From Callorhinchus milii (Eukaryota), in the NCBI RefSeq assembly GCF_018977255.1, contig NW_024704742.1, forward strand, positions 112,594,001 through 112,658,000: a stretch of DNA of 64,000 nucleotides. The letters are read 5' to 3'. Position numbers and translations under genes: made by a program. Positions 11,198 through 23,927 of the stretch are shown piece by piece (position 1 is the first letter of the stretch; each line of letters opens with the position of its first letter). The notes below the pieces were generated by a model. It saw nothing but the letters and a program-made list of their open reading frames with translations. It did no database searches and was not told the DNA's origin.

Positions 11198-11612
11198 CAT
11201 AATAATCCTTACATTTGATATGACGGTTTTCATATTGAGAGGTAGTTTCAAAGTGCTTCACAGGATATACTGTACAGTGTAGTGACTATACATTTTTGTA
11301 GGCGAATGGAGCAGCGAATTTGCACACGGCAGTGTCCCATAGACAGTCATGAAGTGAATGACCATTTTATTTAAGGGAAGTGGAGAATTCTTGACCAGAG
11401 AGAAACTCCTTTATTCAAATAAGGCCATGGGATCTTACTATCCACCAGAACAGACAGACAGACTTTGGTTTAATGTCTGATCCAAAGGATAGCATCTCCA
11501 GCGATGTAACACACCTGAAGTACTGTACTGTCAGCCTTAACTATATGTGTTTAAAGACCTGACACAGGCTTGAACCTCCAACCTCTGACTCAGACAGTGC
11601 TACCGATTGAGG
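11198..11612 (-). mobile_element. Deu-domain SINE
   Basis: Head, Deu core and tail all recognisable but diverged. Confidence 0.75.
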
Positions 11613-13085
11613 CATGTTCAGTTGGTAGTTCACATAAAACATCTCCCAAATTATTCTCCAGGAGTATTTCTGATTTCAGTACTCCTCAAAATACTGTGTG
11701 GGGGGAGTCCTGAAGAATTTTTCTACAGGTGAATCTTATTATAACGCTTTGTAATAATCTGGTCTTGTTTATAACACTTATGGTTCCTATCGATTCACTG
11801 TTCACTATGCCTGGAATCTCTATTCTTTCTCCAGAGACAAGTCTCTCTGGATTATGTTCAGGATTTAAAATATATTGTTCATCAATAATATTGCGGAGGT
11901 TTTGCCATTAAAAAAACTGTGAGAAATCCTTAGCCCTTCCTTTTAAGTTATGCTTTGCTGTTGTGTCTTTTTCAGTGCAATTTAGAATAATAAACAGATA
12001 AACAGGCTGGTATATGCTGCTTGAAACCACAAAAGAATCTTTAAAAACAGCTTTGCAGTCTCAGCAGGGGCTCAGATATACAGTGTGTTCTGCTGCAGAC
12101 ACAAAATGTGACAACAAATTCCTTCACTGTGCCAAAGATCTCCCAAAGGATCCACATGCAGTTCATCCAATTTTTCACCTTTTATCCCTGGTCACAGACT
12201 TGAGTAAATTCCTATAATGTAACATGACATTTTCTGATGTTAAAAGCAGCAATATAGATTAATCAACAATTCTTCCACAACAGAGGTGCATCAGAGAAAT
12301 ATTTTGCACTCTGCTGTGAAATATTATGAGCAATCTGATAAGGGCATCAGACAGCACAAAGCAAAGGTTCTGTGTGAATAGGGTGTACAGACCTTTATGC
12401 TTTGTAAAATCTGCAGATCCAGTCTGAAATTAAATTCATTAGGCATCCTAGTGGAACAAAGTGCCTTTCAAAGAAATGTAAAATATCACTGAGAAGCCTG
12501 GAATCTGCAGAAAAAGACATTTACTAGATGTAGCAGCAATGATATTTAAATTGCAGATTATAACAAGCAATGTAAGCAATAAGAGGAGTGGAAAAATGTT
12601 TTGTATTGATCTCTTTGTCACTGCTTCAATTTCACAGACTAGATGACAGGTGGTTTCTTTTAACAGTTAGCTAGAGCAGAGGATCCCAAAGTTTCTGGGT
12701 TCAAGGCCCCACATGACATTAGGCATCCGGAATAAGAACCTTGCTTCCTGCAGGGCCACGAGGCATGGCCACTGGGAAGATACAATCCCTCTTGACTCCT
12801 GCACAGATTGGCGATGTTCCGTGGGCACTCACTGGAATCATACAGCCTTATGAAATGCTTGGAGCCCGATTCCTCATCGGACGAATGGTACTGCAAGTTA
12901 CTGTGAGCCTACCTTTGGGCTGAGAAATGGTCATAAGGATTTTTGGGCAGATCAGAGCTCAGCGAGTCCCGCCTTCTTTGGGACACATCAAGGGCTTATC
13001 CAAAGGACCAGCTATGTCCTCTGCAGAGTGATCTCCTCTACTTGGTGTCCCGGACACTCCAGATTGCCCATCACTATTATTCAGT

Positions 13086-13400
13086 AACAACAGTGACTTG
13101 CATTTATATAGCACTTCTCATAGAGGGTAGGGTCCCAGAGTGCTTGACAGTGGCGGAGCCCGACGCTGAACTGGGCAGAGGGGTGAGGTGACCATAGGCA
13201 CGGTTGAAGAGGAAATTCTTCAGGCACGAGCTGAAGATGGGAGGGAAGGGGCAAGGCAGAAGGATAGAGGAAGAATGTTCCAGAGTTTCGGGCGTAGTGG
13301 CTGAAAGCGCAATCACCCGATGGTGGAACGGTGGGCACATGGGACATGAAGGAGGGTCATGCAGGAGGCCACAGACAGTTGAGGATGAGTTGAGGAGTCA
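13086..13400 (-). mobile_element. L2 3' end
   Basis: AFSHYA and LKNFLFNRAYG peptides plus tail. Confidence 0.8.
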
Positions 13401-13502
13401 GAGATCAGAGAGGTGGGGACCACAAAAGCCTGCCCTGAAACACCTCACACTCAAACCGGAACCCCATAAAAGCCTGACTTGGCCACTTTCTCTGCTTGGA
13501 CG

Positions 13503-14250
13503 TAGAATCATAAAGTACAGAAGGAGGCCATTTGGCCCATCGTGCCTGCGTGGCTCTTTGAAAGAACTATCCAACTAATCTCACTCCCCACTCTTATCCC
13601 ATAGCACTGCAAATGTTTCCATTTCAAATACCTATCCAATTCCCTTTTGAAAACTGCTGTTGAATCTGCTTCCACCACCCTTTCAGGCAGTGCATTCCAG
13701 ATCCCAGCCTCTTTAGTCTTGCCACATAATCTCTCCACAAGTTCCTCATCCCTTGTATCATTCTGGTAAATCTCCTTTGCACCCTCTCCAAAATCCTGAC
13801 ATCCTTCCTAAAGTGTGGTGCCCAGAATTAAACACAATACTCCAGCTGAGGCCTAACAAGTGATTTGTAAAGGTTTAGCTTAACTTCCTTGTTTTTGTAC
13901 TCTGTTTATAAAGCCAAGGATCCCATATGCATTTTTAATGGCTTTGTCAATGTGTGTAGTCACCTTCAAAGATTTGTGTATGTGAACCCATAAGTTTCTC
14001 TGTTCCTGCAACCCCTTTAAAATTGTACCATTTATCTTATATTGCCTTTTCTCAATCCTCATCCCAAAACGCAACGCTTCACATTTCTCTGCAGTAAATT
14101 TCATCTACCATGTGTCTGCCCATTTCACCAGCCTGTCCATGTCGTCCTGCAGTCTGCTACTATCCTCCTCACTGTTTATTATGTTTCCAAGTTTTGTGTC
14201 ATTTGCGAACTTTAGAATTTTGCTCCCTATACTCAAAACCAGATCACTTG
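13503..14250 (-). mobile_element. CR1-type LINE 3' fragment
   Basis: IWNALPERVVEADS..FKRELD and KAIKNAYGILGFINR peptides; CR1 3' UTR. Confidence 0.85.
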
Positions 14251-14261
14251 TTGGGGTCCTT

Positions 14262-14598
14262 CAACAACAACAACAACAAGATTCCATTTATAGAGCGCCT
14301 TTCACGTCGGGAGGACGACCCAAGGCGCTGTACAGTTGGGTCGGGACCCGAGCAGGGGGGAAATGGTCAGGTGAGGGGAGGGAAGGGAGGGAGCGAGGAG
14401 GGGGTAGAGAGTCGAGAGGGGAGCTGAAGGCACAGTCAAAGAGAAAGGTCTTGAGACCGGCCTTGAAGGAGGAAAGGGAGGAGGCAGCGAAGGCACTGGG
14501 GGATAGAGTTCCAGAGCCTCGGGGCTGAGAGGCTGAAGGCCCGGCCACCGATGGTAGGGCGGTTGGGGCGGGGGATGTGGAGCAGACCGGAGACAGAG
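14262..14598 (-). mobile_element. L2 family A 3' end
   Basis: Near-identical to the 3' ends at 23928-24260 and 56700-57027. Confidence 0.93.
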
Positions 14599-15516
14599 CA
14601 AATTCAGATAATTTGTGAATCAGATCTGAACCTGTCCACCTTGCTTGTATACAGCGCCTCATCATTAACAGCACTAATGATTCTTGAGAATGCCTCCACG
14701 GGCTGCACAGGCTTCTGTAGTCCAACTAGGCTTCTGTAGCTTTTGCATTTCCTGCCACAACCAGTGTGTTTCCCGGCCCCCGAAACCATCTCGTGGAGAG
14801 ATCTATGACTCCAGTTTGGGAACCAGTGACCAGTGACCAGTGAGGATCATTTATTATACGTGTGGTATTACTTAGTTGCCATTTAGCCATTTCATCACCA
14901 GGGAATTCAGACTATAAAAAAGGTCAGCATGAATGTTGGCTTCATTGAGGAGATTTTAAGACAATAGATTTAGCTCCCATCAAAGTAGTGAGCACTTTAA
15001 AAAAAAGGTGGTAACATTTTTATGGATTAATTAATTGTGCTTGTTCTGACTGAACGCATGAAAGGCGTCAGACACATGGATGTTCATTTAATTTACAGCC
15101 CTTGTGTACTGAAGGTCATCTTCAACATAGAAATATTTTACTCTCTTCAAGATACAGATTGACCTATTTTTTAGGATCCTAAAATTTGTTTAGGGCAAAC
15201 ATAAATAATTTGTGCACATAATTTATTATTTTGAAATGTATTTTTGGCATTTATTTTCTAGAGGTCATAATACTGATGATTACTAAAATAATGGTTCTGT
15301 TAGACAAATGATCCCTCAGGGAATGTACACATTGTCAAAGGAGTACATTTCTTTTTTGCCACTGGCTTCATTTGCTGGCATTATTGTCCGTCTCTGCACC
15401 ATTCTGGCATCAACACAAAACCTGCTGTTGCAGATTTGCCAATAATTTATAGTCTTTACAGTGGTTGAAAAAGTCATGGTTATTATTCAGTAATGTTACA
15501 ATCATTAATTAAACAA

Positions 15517-15835
15517 TGGAGTCCTGTAGCTCAGTGGTTAGAGCACTCGCTTTGCAAGCGAGAGACCTGAGTTCAATTCCCGGCAGGGCGAAACCTTGGG
15601 CAAGTTTCCTTACTCCACACGCCTAATAATAATCCCTCCAAAAAACCAAAAACAATAATAAATTGGTCATTTTCAATCTACAACTGTTTGTGGGACATTG
15701 CTGTGCGCAATTGGCTGCTGCGTTCGCCCACAAATATACAGTCAATTCACTTTACAGTGTGTTCTGTGAAGCGCTTTGGGACGTCCTCCCGACGTGAAAA
15801 GCGCTATATCAAATGCAAGGATTATTATTATTATT
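15517..15835 (+). mobile_element. tRNA-Ala/CORE SINE, young short-core subfamily
   Basis: TGGAGTCCTGTAGCTCAGTGGTTAGAGC head. Near-identical to the copies at 35787 and 45521. Confidence 0.95.
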
Positions 15836-15928
15836 AAATATTGTACAAGATGTCTGTAGTTTTTAATAATACGCCCATATACACACAAATATTGTGTGCA
15901 GTGAATTTTACAAGTGTGCATATAACAT

Positions 15929-16147
15929 AATAATAAAATAATCTTGCATTTGATATAGCGCTTTTCACATCTTTGAGACGTCTCAAAGCGCTTCACAGAA
16001 TATACTGTAAAGTGAATTGACTGTATATTTTGTGGGCGAAACGCGGCAGCTAATTGCGCACAGCAGTTTCCCACAAACAGTTGTGGATTGTCTGACTAAA
16101 TTATTTTTTTTAAGGATTATTACCCCCTGAAAGCGATCCGCCAATCA
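15929..16147 (-). mobile_element. Long-core SINE, 3' half
   Basis: Tail plus GCGGATCGCTTT segment; ends at the adjacent MITE. Confidence 0.85.
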
Positions 16148-16151
16148 TATA

Positions 16152-16257
16152 CAGGGTGACCAAAAAGTCGTGATAACTACTCTATTATCTAAAAAAAATC
16201 ATAATTTCTTTAAGACTTATTAATATTGTCATGGTATCATGACTTTTTGGTCCCCTG
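16152..16257. mobile_element. ~106-bp Tc1/mariner-type MITE
   Basis: ~24-bp TIRs CAGGGTGACCAAAAAGTCGTGATA / TATCATGACTTTTTGGTCCCCTG, with TA on the left flank. Confidence 0.8.
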
Positions 16258-17350
16258 GATATAAAAAAAATGAATATGCCCACATGGGAATTGTTCATAT
16301 CTTTAAGTTATTAGTGTCGTGACCTGCAACTTGGGCAAACTCCACATGGCAAAACGGTCAGGTTTTTTTTGACAGTAACATTGTTCAAGTCCTCTTATTT
16401 GTACAAAAGACCCTTTTGATGTTCAGTACTTCACCGGGATAACAAAAGATGTAGTCAGATATACACAGACATAGGAATCAAAAATTACACAATTCAGCAT
16501 AGTTGAGATTCACTCATTCTAATCACCCAAATTTAATTCACTTCAATTACTTACTTACAGGAATGAGTAGCATTGTTAAACTGTCACACATAAACTAAGA
16601 AACGTTAACATGGAATTTTAACATGCAATGACAAATCAATCACTTGGCAAGTACAATAACCTCTTTGTGGGAATTCAAAGGACCATTTGTACAATATGAA
16701 ATTATTTTTCCCCTTCTCTAATGGCATGAATTGTAAAATGTTCTCTGCAACACACCCTACGTATAGTGATGATAAAATCAAACAAAGCCTTGAAGTAAAT
16801 TCACAATCACATTGAATTATTATTATTATGAATTATATATAGAATGATTATTTATTTATTATTTATTATTATTTATTATTATGAATTACATATAGAAATA
16901 TAGAGACACTACATCATTGAAACAGGTATTCGTTTCAACCAGGCCATGCCAATGTTTATACTCCACACGAGCATCCACCCATTCTAATTTCCCCCCTTTT
17001 GCAGCCTCCGTCATATCATAAATGTATGAGAGCAAATCGTGACATCTACTCCTTACATTATGTGTACTTCAAGGAGTTGTATGTTTTAGATGGCATTGGT
17101 TTTAGTTGGCATTGTGGCAGAATGACTAACACTGTGATTTGTCCACCAACAAGATACCAAAAGTACATTTTATACTTATGTTTCTGTCTATTCATAGGTA
17201 GCAACAAATCTGTTACTTTTAGTGTGTTCAGTCAGGTGGAATGGTATTACATTCCTTTTCCAGACAGCCTGAATGAAGAGTGTTGACATATTTATGACTG
17301 AGAGATGGAGTGAGGGTAAGTGGAGCCTGTTGAAGTAGAGTATCAACACT

Positions 17351-17718
17351 ATAATAATAATAGTCCTTGCATTTGATATGGGGCTTTATCACGTCTTCGA
17401 GACGTCTCAAAGTGCTTCACAGAATACACTGTAAAGTGAATTGACTATATTTTGTGGGCGATATGCAGCAGCCAATTGCACACAGCAGTGTCCCACAAAC
17501 AGTTGTGGATTGAGTGACCAAATTATTATTTTTTGAAGGAATTATTATCCCCAGAAAAGCGATCCGCTAATCGACTAACAACCAGGTTCCTACTTACTGC
17601 TAGGTAACAGAGGCGTGTGGAGTAAGGAAACTTGCCCAATGTTTCGCCTTGCCGGGAATCGAACCCAGGTCCTCTCGCTTGCAAGGTGAGTGCTCTAACT
17701 GCTAAGCTGCAGGACTGC
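17351..17718 (-). mobile_element. tRNA-Ala/CORE SINE, long-core, full length
   Basis: Aligns end to end with 4401-4775. Confidence 0.92.
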
Positions 17719-18228
17719 AATACTGAAACTGTAAATAAAATGCAGTACTCCCTGTACAGGGATGAAAGTACCCATTAGCCCACGTATCAGTTTGTGAGAG
17801 ACTCCCCATCATGTTTAATTTGTGAGCTGCCTGTCGATCCTGTGATGCATCACTGATACCAGAGGCATGTGCATGTGTTTGCTGTAACTGTGTTAAAAGA
17901 CTGAGCTGCAACAGCATGATTTCATTTTTTAAAAAAACACTTACATTTGTATAGCTGCAGCCTTACGTTTGCTTAAAGGTCATGAAAATTGTGGATTATT
18001 GAAGGACACCTAGGTACAGTTACTGAGTTTCAGATCCAATTGTTTACTTTCCATTTCCTGCTGCATCTAGTCCAGCACTGTCTGATACAAATTGCTGTTT
18101 AACATCAGGTTTGGTTACTGTGACACTCTTTTTTTGAATCCTCAAAACACTTCACAGAATTGACTCTAGACTGTAGAGTGACTGGGTAGTTTGCAGGCAA
18201 TTGTGGCAGCAAATATGCATACGTCAAT

Positions 18229-18356
18229 AAACAAAAGGCAAAGTACTGCAGATTCTGGAAATTTTACATAAAAAATAGAAGTCGCTGGGAACACACAGTA
18301 GGTCAGGCACTATGCCTGACTTGCTGAGTATTTCCAGCGACCTCTGCTTTTATTGG
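18229..18356. mobile_element. Palindromic Penelope-type insert, centrally deleted, inside a Deu SINE (~18135-18465)
   Basis: Inverted arms homologous to the 37303 and 41072 elements. Flanked by ATACGTCAAT / ATACATCAAT. Confidence 0.7.
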
Positions 18357-19075
18357 ATACATCAATGTCCTCAAACAGTCATTAAGGGAAAGACCAATTT
18401 TATCTGGAGGATTATTGGCCAGGGTACTGTGAGAAATTCCCTTTTCTTTTTGAATAGTGTTATATGTATAGTTTCCATTTTTCTATTTCCCTGGTATGGA
18501 GTGCACACTATCTCTTCAGAGGGACACACCCTGTTTTTCTTACCTCATCCCAGAAGGTATTAGACATAGGTTGGTAAGAACCAAGGCATGGGGACCCCAG
18601 AGTATGCAATGGGGTCCTTTTGGAGTTTAACCAGCTAACTGCTCAGCTTGCCATGGCAACACTGACAATCTTGTCACTGCTTTTCCAGCTGACCACCCTA
18701 CTTGTTAGTATATTGGCTTACAAGTTAGCAGGAGCTGGGTGTGAGGAATCCTAGCCTTCAAGTGACTCATATGCTCCTGAGTCCCGCTAATGGACTGGGC
18801 GGCTGTCCATCATCAGTGGTGCCCTGGATACCACAGGTACCAAACTACCAAGACCATCACAGAGGATTCATTAGATTTTGATATTCCTTTGTTAGGCAAG
18901 TCACCTTGGAGCCAAGTTAGCTGCAAAGAGATTCCATTTATTTTCCTCCAGTGAGGATAGTCAACCATATACAGATTGTGAGGTTACAGGTTTGAATCCC
19001 CTTGTTTTGGTAAACAGATGTCACAGTGGAAATGATGCCACGGTGAGGTAACTGGAGCTATTCTGAGATTGGCAA

Positions 19076-19220
19076 GTGCTGAATTGGTTGATATTAAATA
19101 TGGCAGCAGTTTGGGCACTACAACTGATCTACATGCCTGGGTTAGAGAGGGAAAGATCAGCCACTGTGAATCGCTATCTAGAGACGGATACTCATGTGTT
19201 CAAATCGGTAAGGACAAACT
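19076..19220 (+). mobile_element. LF-SINE-like relic
   Basis: GTGCTGAATTGGTTGAT...GGCAGCAGTTTGGGCACTACAA...GGGTTAGAGAGGGAAAGATCAGCCA...TCGCTATC follows the LF-SINE consensus as I recall it. Confidence 0.6.
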
Positions 19221-22200
19221 GGGGTGAATTGGTGGGAGGGGAAAAAAAGACACTGGTGGTTGAATTATTAGCTATTAGTGCCTTTGTCAGAGGAATTATT
19301 CATGCATTCATGCTCTGAATCTATTAATTATATCCTTCAAAGACTACATCCCAACAGACTACAGCGTACAGCAAGTGTTGTCAACAGCATTTGAACAGAA
19401 AGTCAAAACGAATACACTTATATTCCAAATGAAAATATCATTAATAAAATTGCACTGAAATGTATTTCAATCACACAGATGAGGGCCTGGATATTTAAAA
19501 CAAATAATGATGAATAAAAGAACATTCAAACACATTTTATGTTAATTTATTGTAAAAGCCTTTCAGAATTATTCACAGGGCACATTTTATAGAATGATGC
19601 TTCACAGAGGATAATAAAACTAAATAATTTGAAACCTATGAATAGGTAGATTATATCTTTGTTCATCAATATCATAATAACTGTAGGTATATTGTCTTAA
19701 ACAGGCTAACAAGCAAACCTTGGAATTATCCTATATTCTATACACAAGAATAGATTCTGAAATGTACATTATTAATGGGAACATGAAAATGTCATGCTAA
19801 AGTATTCACTTTAGGTGACCTTTCCTCATTCATTGTTAACCTGACAAAGTTTTTAAAAAAATTACAGGTCCAAAAATCCACCTAGTAAGAAAATTTTGTC
19901 TTACAATTTAAGATTGTGTAGTATTGTGGAAATTTCTAAAAATTCAGTCTTAATTTGGAAGATGGTTTTCCACAGTTACAGACTAAGACCAGATGGAATT
20001 TGGACCTCTAGTCCATCAGCTGTTTTCAAGATTTCTTTTCAATTGATGTTTTTCTATTAACAGTTTGGATAGAGTGATTTGTTTCAACTATTTCCCTTTT
20101 TTTTTTGTCAGTCTGATTCACGAGGAAACCCATCACAATGTTTAATAGTATTCAAACCAGAGAGAGAGAGTTTGATGTATTTCCACTTACACACATAAAT
20201 TCCCATGTATGGAATGGAATGTGCACATTGGCACCAGAGGAATGCACTCTGCTTACCTAGTTCCAGCGAGTATTAGGCACAAGTTGTGTGTTGGGGTACA
20301 GTTGGAGTTTAACAGCTAAAAGCTCATAGCTTACCATCGAAAGCACTGTTTGTTAAGCTTCCCATTACTTCTCCAGCTAGGACCACCTTACCCATTAGGG
20401 CTTTGGCTTGCACAGTTAAAAGAACTGACTGGGAAAAATTTCTGCCTGTAGTGACCAGTTTTGCCACTCTAAGTCCTGCCAATGAGCCAGACAGGATCGT
20501 CTTTCATGAGCAGTATCCTAGAGCACTGCGGATCAGTTTGGCTCAAGAACCGGACTACCAAGTCCTCACAGAAGATTGACTTGATTCTGACATTCCGTTG
20601 CCAAACATGTCACTTTGGAGCCAAGGAGACCTTGCTTATCTGCTTCTGAAGGAGGATAGGTGGGTCAGGTCCACAGTGCTCCAGAATTCCCATCCTTTTA
20701 AAATCCCAGCATTATTAATATCTAATGAATCTTACACATGTGTTGGGATAACTAATATGCTTTAGGGGATGAAGTAAAACAGTTAATCCGTACTCTATGG
20801 TAATTGTAAGATTCTCTTTTTAGATTTCATAATAGACAGGTACCATTTAAAAAAAGTTCAATAAAACTAGTTCAATAAAATAGAAAATATGCACAGTGTG
20901 CTCTTTTTATCCAATCTACTAATGCTTTAAAAAGACATCAAAATCCCCATTGTGAACTAGGATAGCAAAAATGCTGTGCATAAAATTCCTACAGAGAGAA
21001 TAAAGCACGTTAGGTTCAGTCTTATGTGGCATCCAAGGCACTTAAAAGATCATTAGCCCCAGCATGATCGTTTTCCAAGAATTAAATCTGAAATAAATGC
21101 AAACATTTTCAGATGTGTTTATCATAACATCTGATTGATTTAATAAAATCTTTTCTTTAGTGGTTCTTTCTACGTGTCTCTTTCTCAGTGCTTTAAATCT
21201 ACTATTTTAGGGTTCTCAAAATCCCCCTTTCACTCCCCTGTAATTTGGGATATCTTTTAATGTCAACTCATTAAGGTAGCAAAAACAAATATTACAGCAT
21301 CACAGTTAAGCTATATGTTTAATGCAACCTCTTGAAAAATCAAACTACAGACAGGTTAGCCTAGGAACTCAGGCTTATACAAATGTTTTGAACATTCTCA
21401 TAGCACAGCAATATACTGTGTGTAACAACTGCATGCTGATGTAGTTTTTAAGGTTTCGATTCCCCATCCTCTCCCAACAATGTCTCTTTCCCCATCTAAA
21501 AAGGTCAGATAAAACACTTAACATCCTACAAGATTGCTCTTGAAAAAATGAATGAGCAGTGACTCATCTGTCTGCTCTCACTCCTTCGAGCAGCACAACC
21601 AAGAGGAATCATCTGTGTCCTTTCACTACATGGTGCAGGCTATTGAATCAACAATAACAACAACAAGATTACATTTGTATAGCGCCTTTCACATCGGGAG
21701 GACGTCCCAAGGTGCTGGACAGTGTACAGCATTTCAGACCCAAAATTGAAATTGAGAATCACCTCTCAATTCAGGTTATAATAATCTTTGTATTTGATAT
21801 AGTGCCTAAAGCATTGAAACATCTCAAAGCGGTTCATAAGTAATTGCTCCGAGTGTAATAATAATAATCCTTGCATTTGATATAGCGCTTTATCACGTGA
21901 TTGAGATGTCTCAAAGCGCTTCATGGAATACACTGCAAAGTGCAGTGATCATATATTTTGTGGGTGAAATGTGACAAGACAATTTTAGTGACTGTATAAA
22001 GGTTCCACAAGCCTCACATATTAACTTGACTAAGAGGGCTGCTTATTTGCCATCCTTTGACAATGCAATGACAGTGCCTTGGCACGTCCTCCCAACGTGA
22101 AAGATGCCATTCAAATGTAATATTATATTGTATTTTTGCATTGTGTGAGTGGCTACAACGAGATACTGGAGAATCCCACTTGGTGGCACAATGTGTTGAC

Positions 22201-23927
22201 GACACTTATAAATATTGCTGATAAAATGCAAGATGCCATTTCATCTATTTCTAAAAGTGGGTAAGATACTCTTGAAAAAACATTTATTATTAATATTAAT
22301 CATTAATCACTTTTCAATTAGCATAGAAATACTGTTGAGGATTTGCACACTGAAAGCACAATATTTTGACAAATGTTGATTACATTTTCTTATGGCTCTG
22401 GAACTTCAGTGTTTGACTGTTATTCACTGCCATGTTATCTATCACTGAATATCGATCATACAAGAGAGACTCTGCAAATTACATGGGCTCTAATGAGCAA
22501 GGAAGCCAGATACCAGAACTGACTCTGCTAAAGGTGACACTCACTGAAGATGTTACAACTTCTTATTTGTCTTTTCTGGACTGAGGTCAATCCTTTTTAT
22601 CTATTGTTACCCTGAGCGAGTCTGCCTGATCCAGGATGATGATTGCAGTTGTGAGAAGATGTGATGGAATTGCAGGATCTGATCACCTTTCATTTGTGTT
22701 TTAAGTAACAGCAATGTGGTCAAACTCGTACTCAATAGCAATGATAAAGCCGTTTGGTATTTCTATTTATTTTGCGAAAGGAATAATAGCTTGAGGTTAC
22801 TTCAATTCACTTTCTTTCAGAAAATGGCAGTTTCTAACTTACCAACAACTTGTATTTATATAGCGTCCTTCATGTAAGGTAGTGTCTTGAAGCGCTTCAC
22901 AAGGTGGGTTGGACTTTGTGAGGGAAGGCGAAACTTAATGGGGAGTTCTGCAAATAAGTAGTTCCAAAACAAAGCAGTGGAACAAATCATATGTGAACTG
23001 GTCATGAGTTGGAAAGATTATTTCATGGCTTGTGAAGTTTATGAATTCTACCTAATCAATCACTTGTCACTTAACTTGAATAATACTGAGTTTGCTTGAA
23101 AAATTCAGCATTAACTGTTAAGTTTGTGAGGTTTGTATGAAAGGAACAATAGTTATCTTATGCTGGAACTAGTACACTTATATTATGAAGGACTTTTGAC
23201 TAATCATTCAAATCTGATTAACCTGAATGCATGATGGAGGATACTGCAGCTAAATAATACAGTATTTGCATTATTGTCAAACAAATAAGAATATTTTATA
23301 TTTTTATGTTCAAACATCCTGAACAAGATTGATCCCACAACACTCGATTTTTTTTAGAGGAAATCTTTACCAGACACTGTATATTCAGAATAACTAGAAT
23401 TGGACCTCAACCCAGAAAAAGACAAATTATGAGTTAAATGTCTTAAGTGAATGTCAAACTTAGCAGAGTCAGAAGTCCTAGCAATGATATGCAAAAATGG
23501 ACAGGGTATGTATATAACATGGACAAGATAGAAGCCATTCCCCTTGGTTCCTGCCACTATCTCCTCACTTCTGACTCTGACCTCCTCAACCTCCTTGATC
23601 TCTCTCACTGCCTTATATTACAGGAGTTAACATGCAAATTCACAACCAAAAGCTACAAATGCAATGGGGAAGAAATTCCACCTGGGGCCTACATTTACTG
23701 TATTTTCTCAGCATTTCAGGCCAACTAATTAAGCCTTAATTGTTAAGAAATTTTTTGTAAGTTACTTTAAGAACTACAGAAAGATGGCTTCAAAGTTAAG
23801 ACTGAATTCAACAAGTTGTCAATGTCTCGATGTACAGTAAATGTGGACCCAGGTGGAACTTCTCCCCAAATATGAGCTGATTCAGTGAACATCTTGTCAC
23901 ACCAAAGAGGCACGTTGGAATAGTAAT

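Noticed and set aside
15517..15592. tRNA-Ala(TGC)-like cloverleaf (also at 35787, 45521 and others)
   Set aside because: It has D and anticodon arms but runs straight into SINE core and tail, and some copies have TSDs. These are SINE heads, not tRNA genes.
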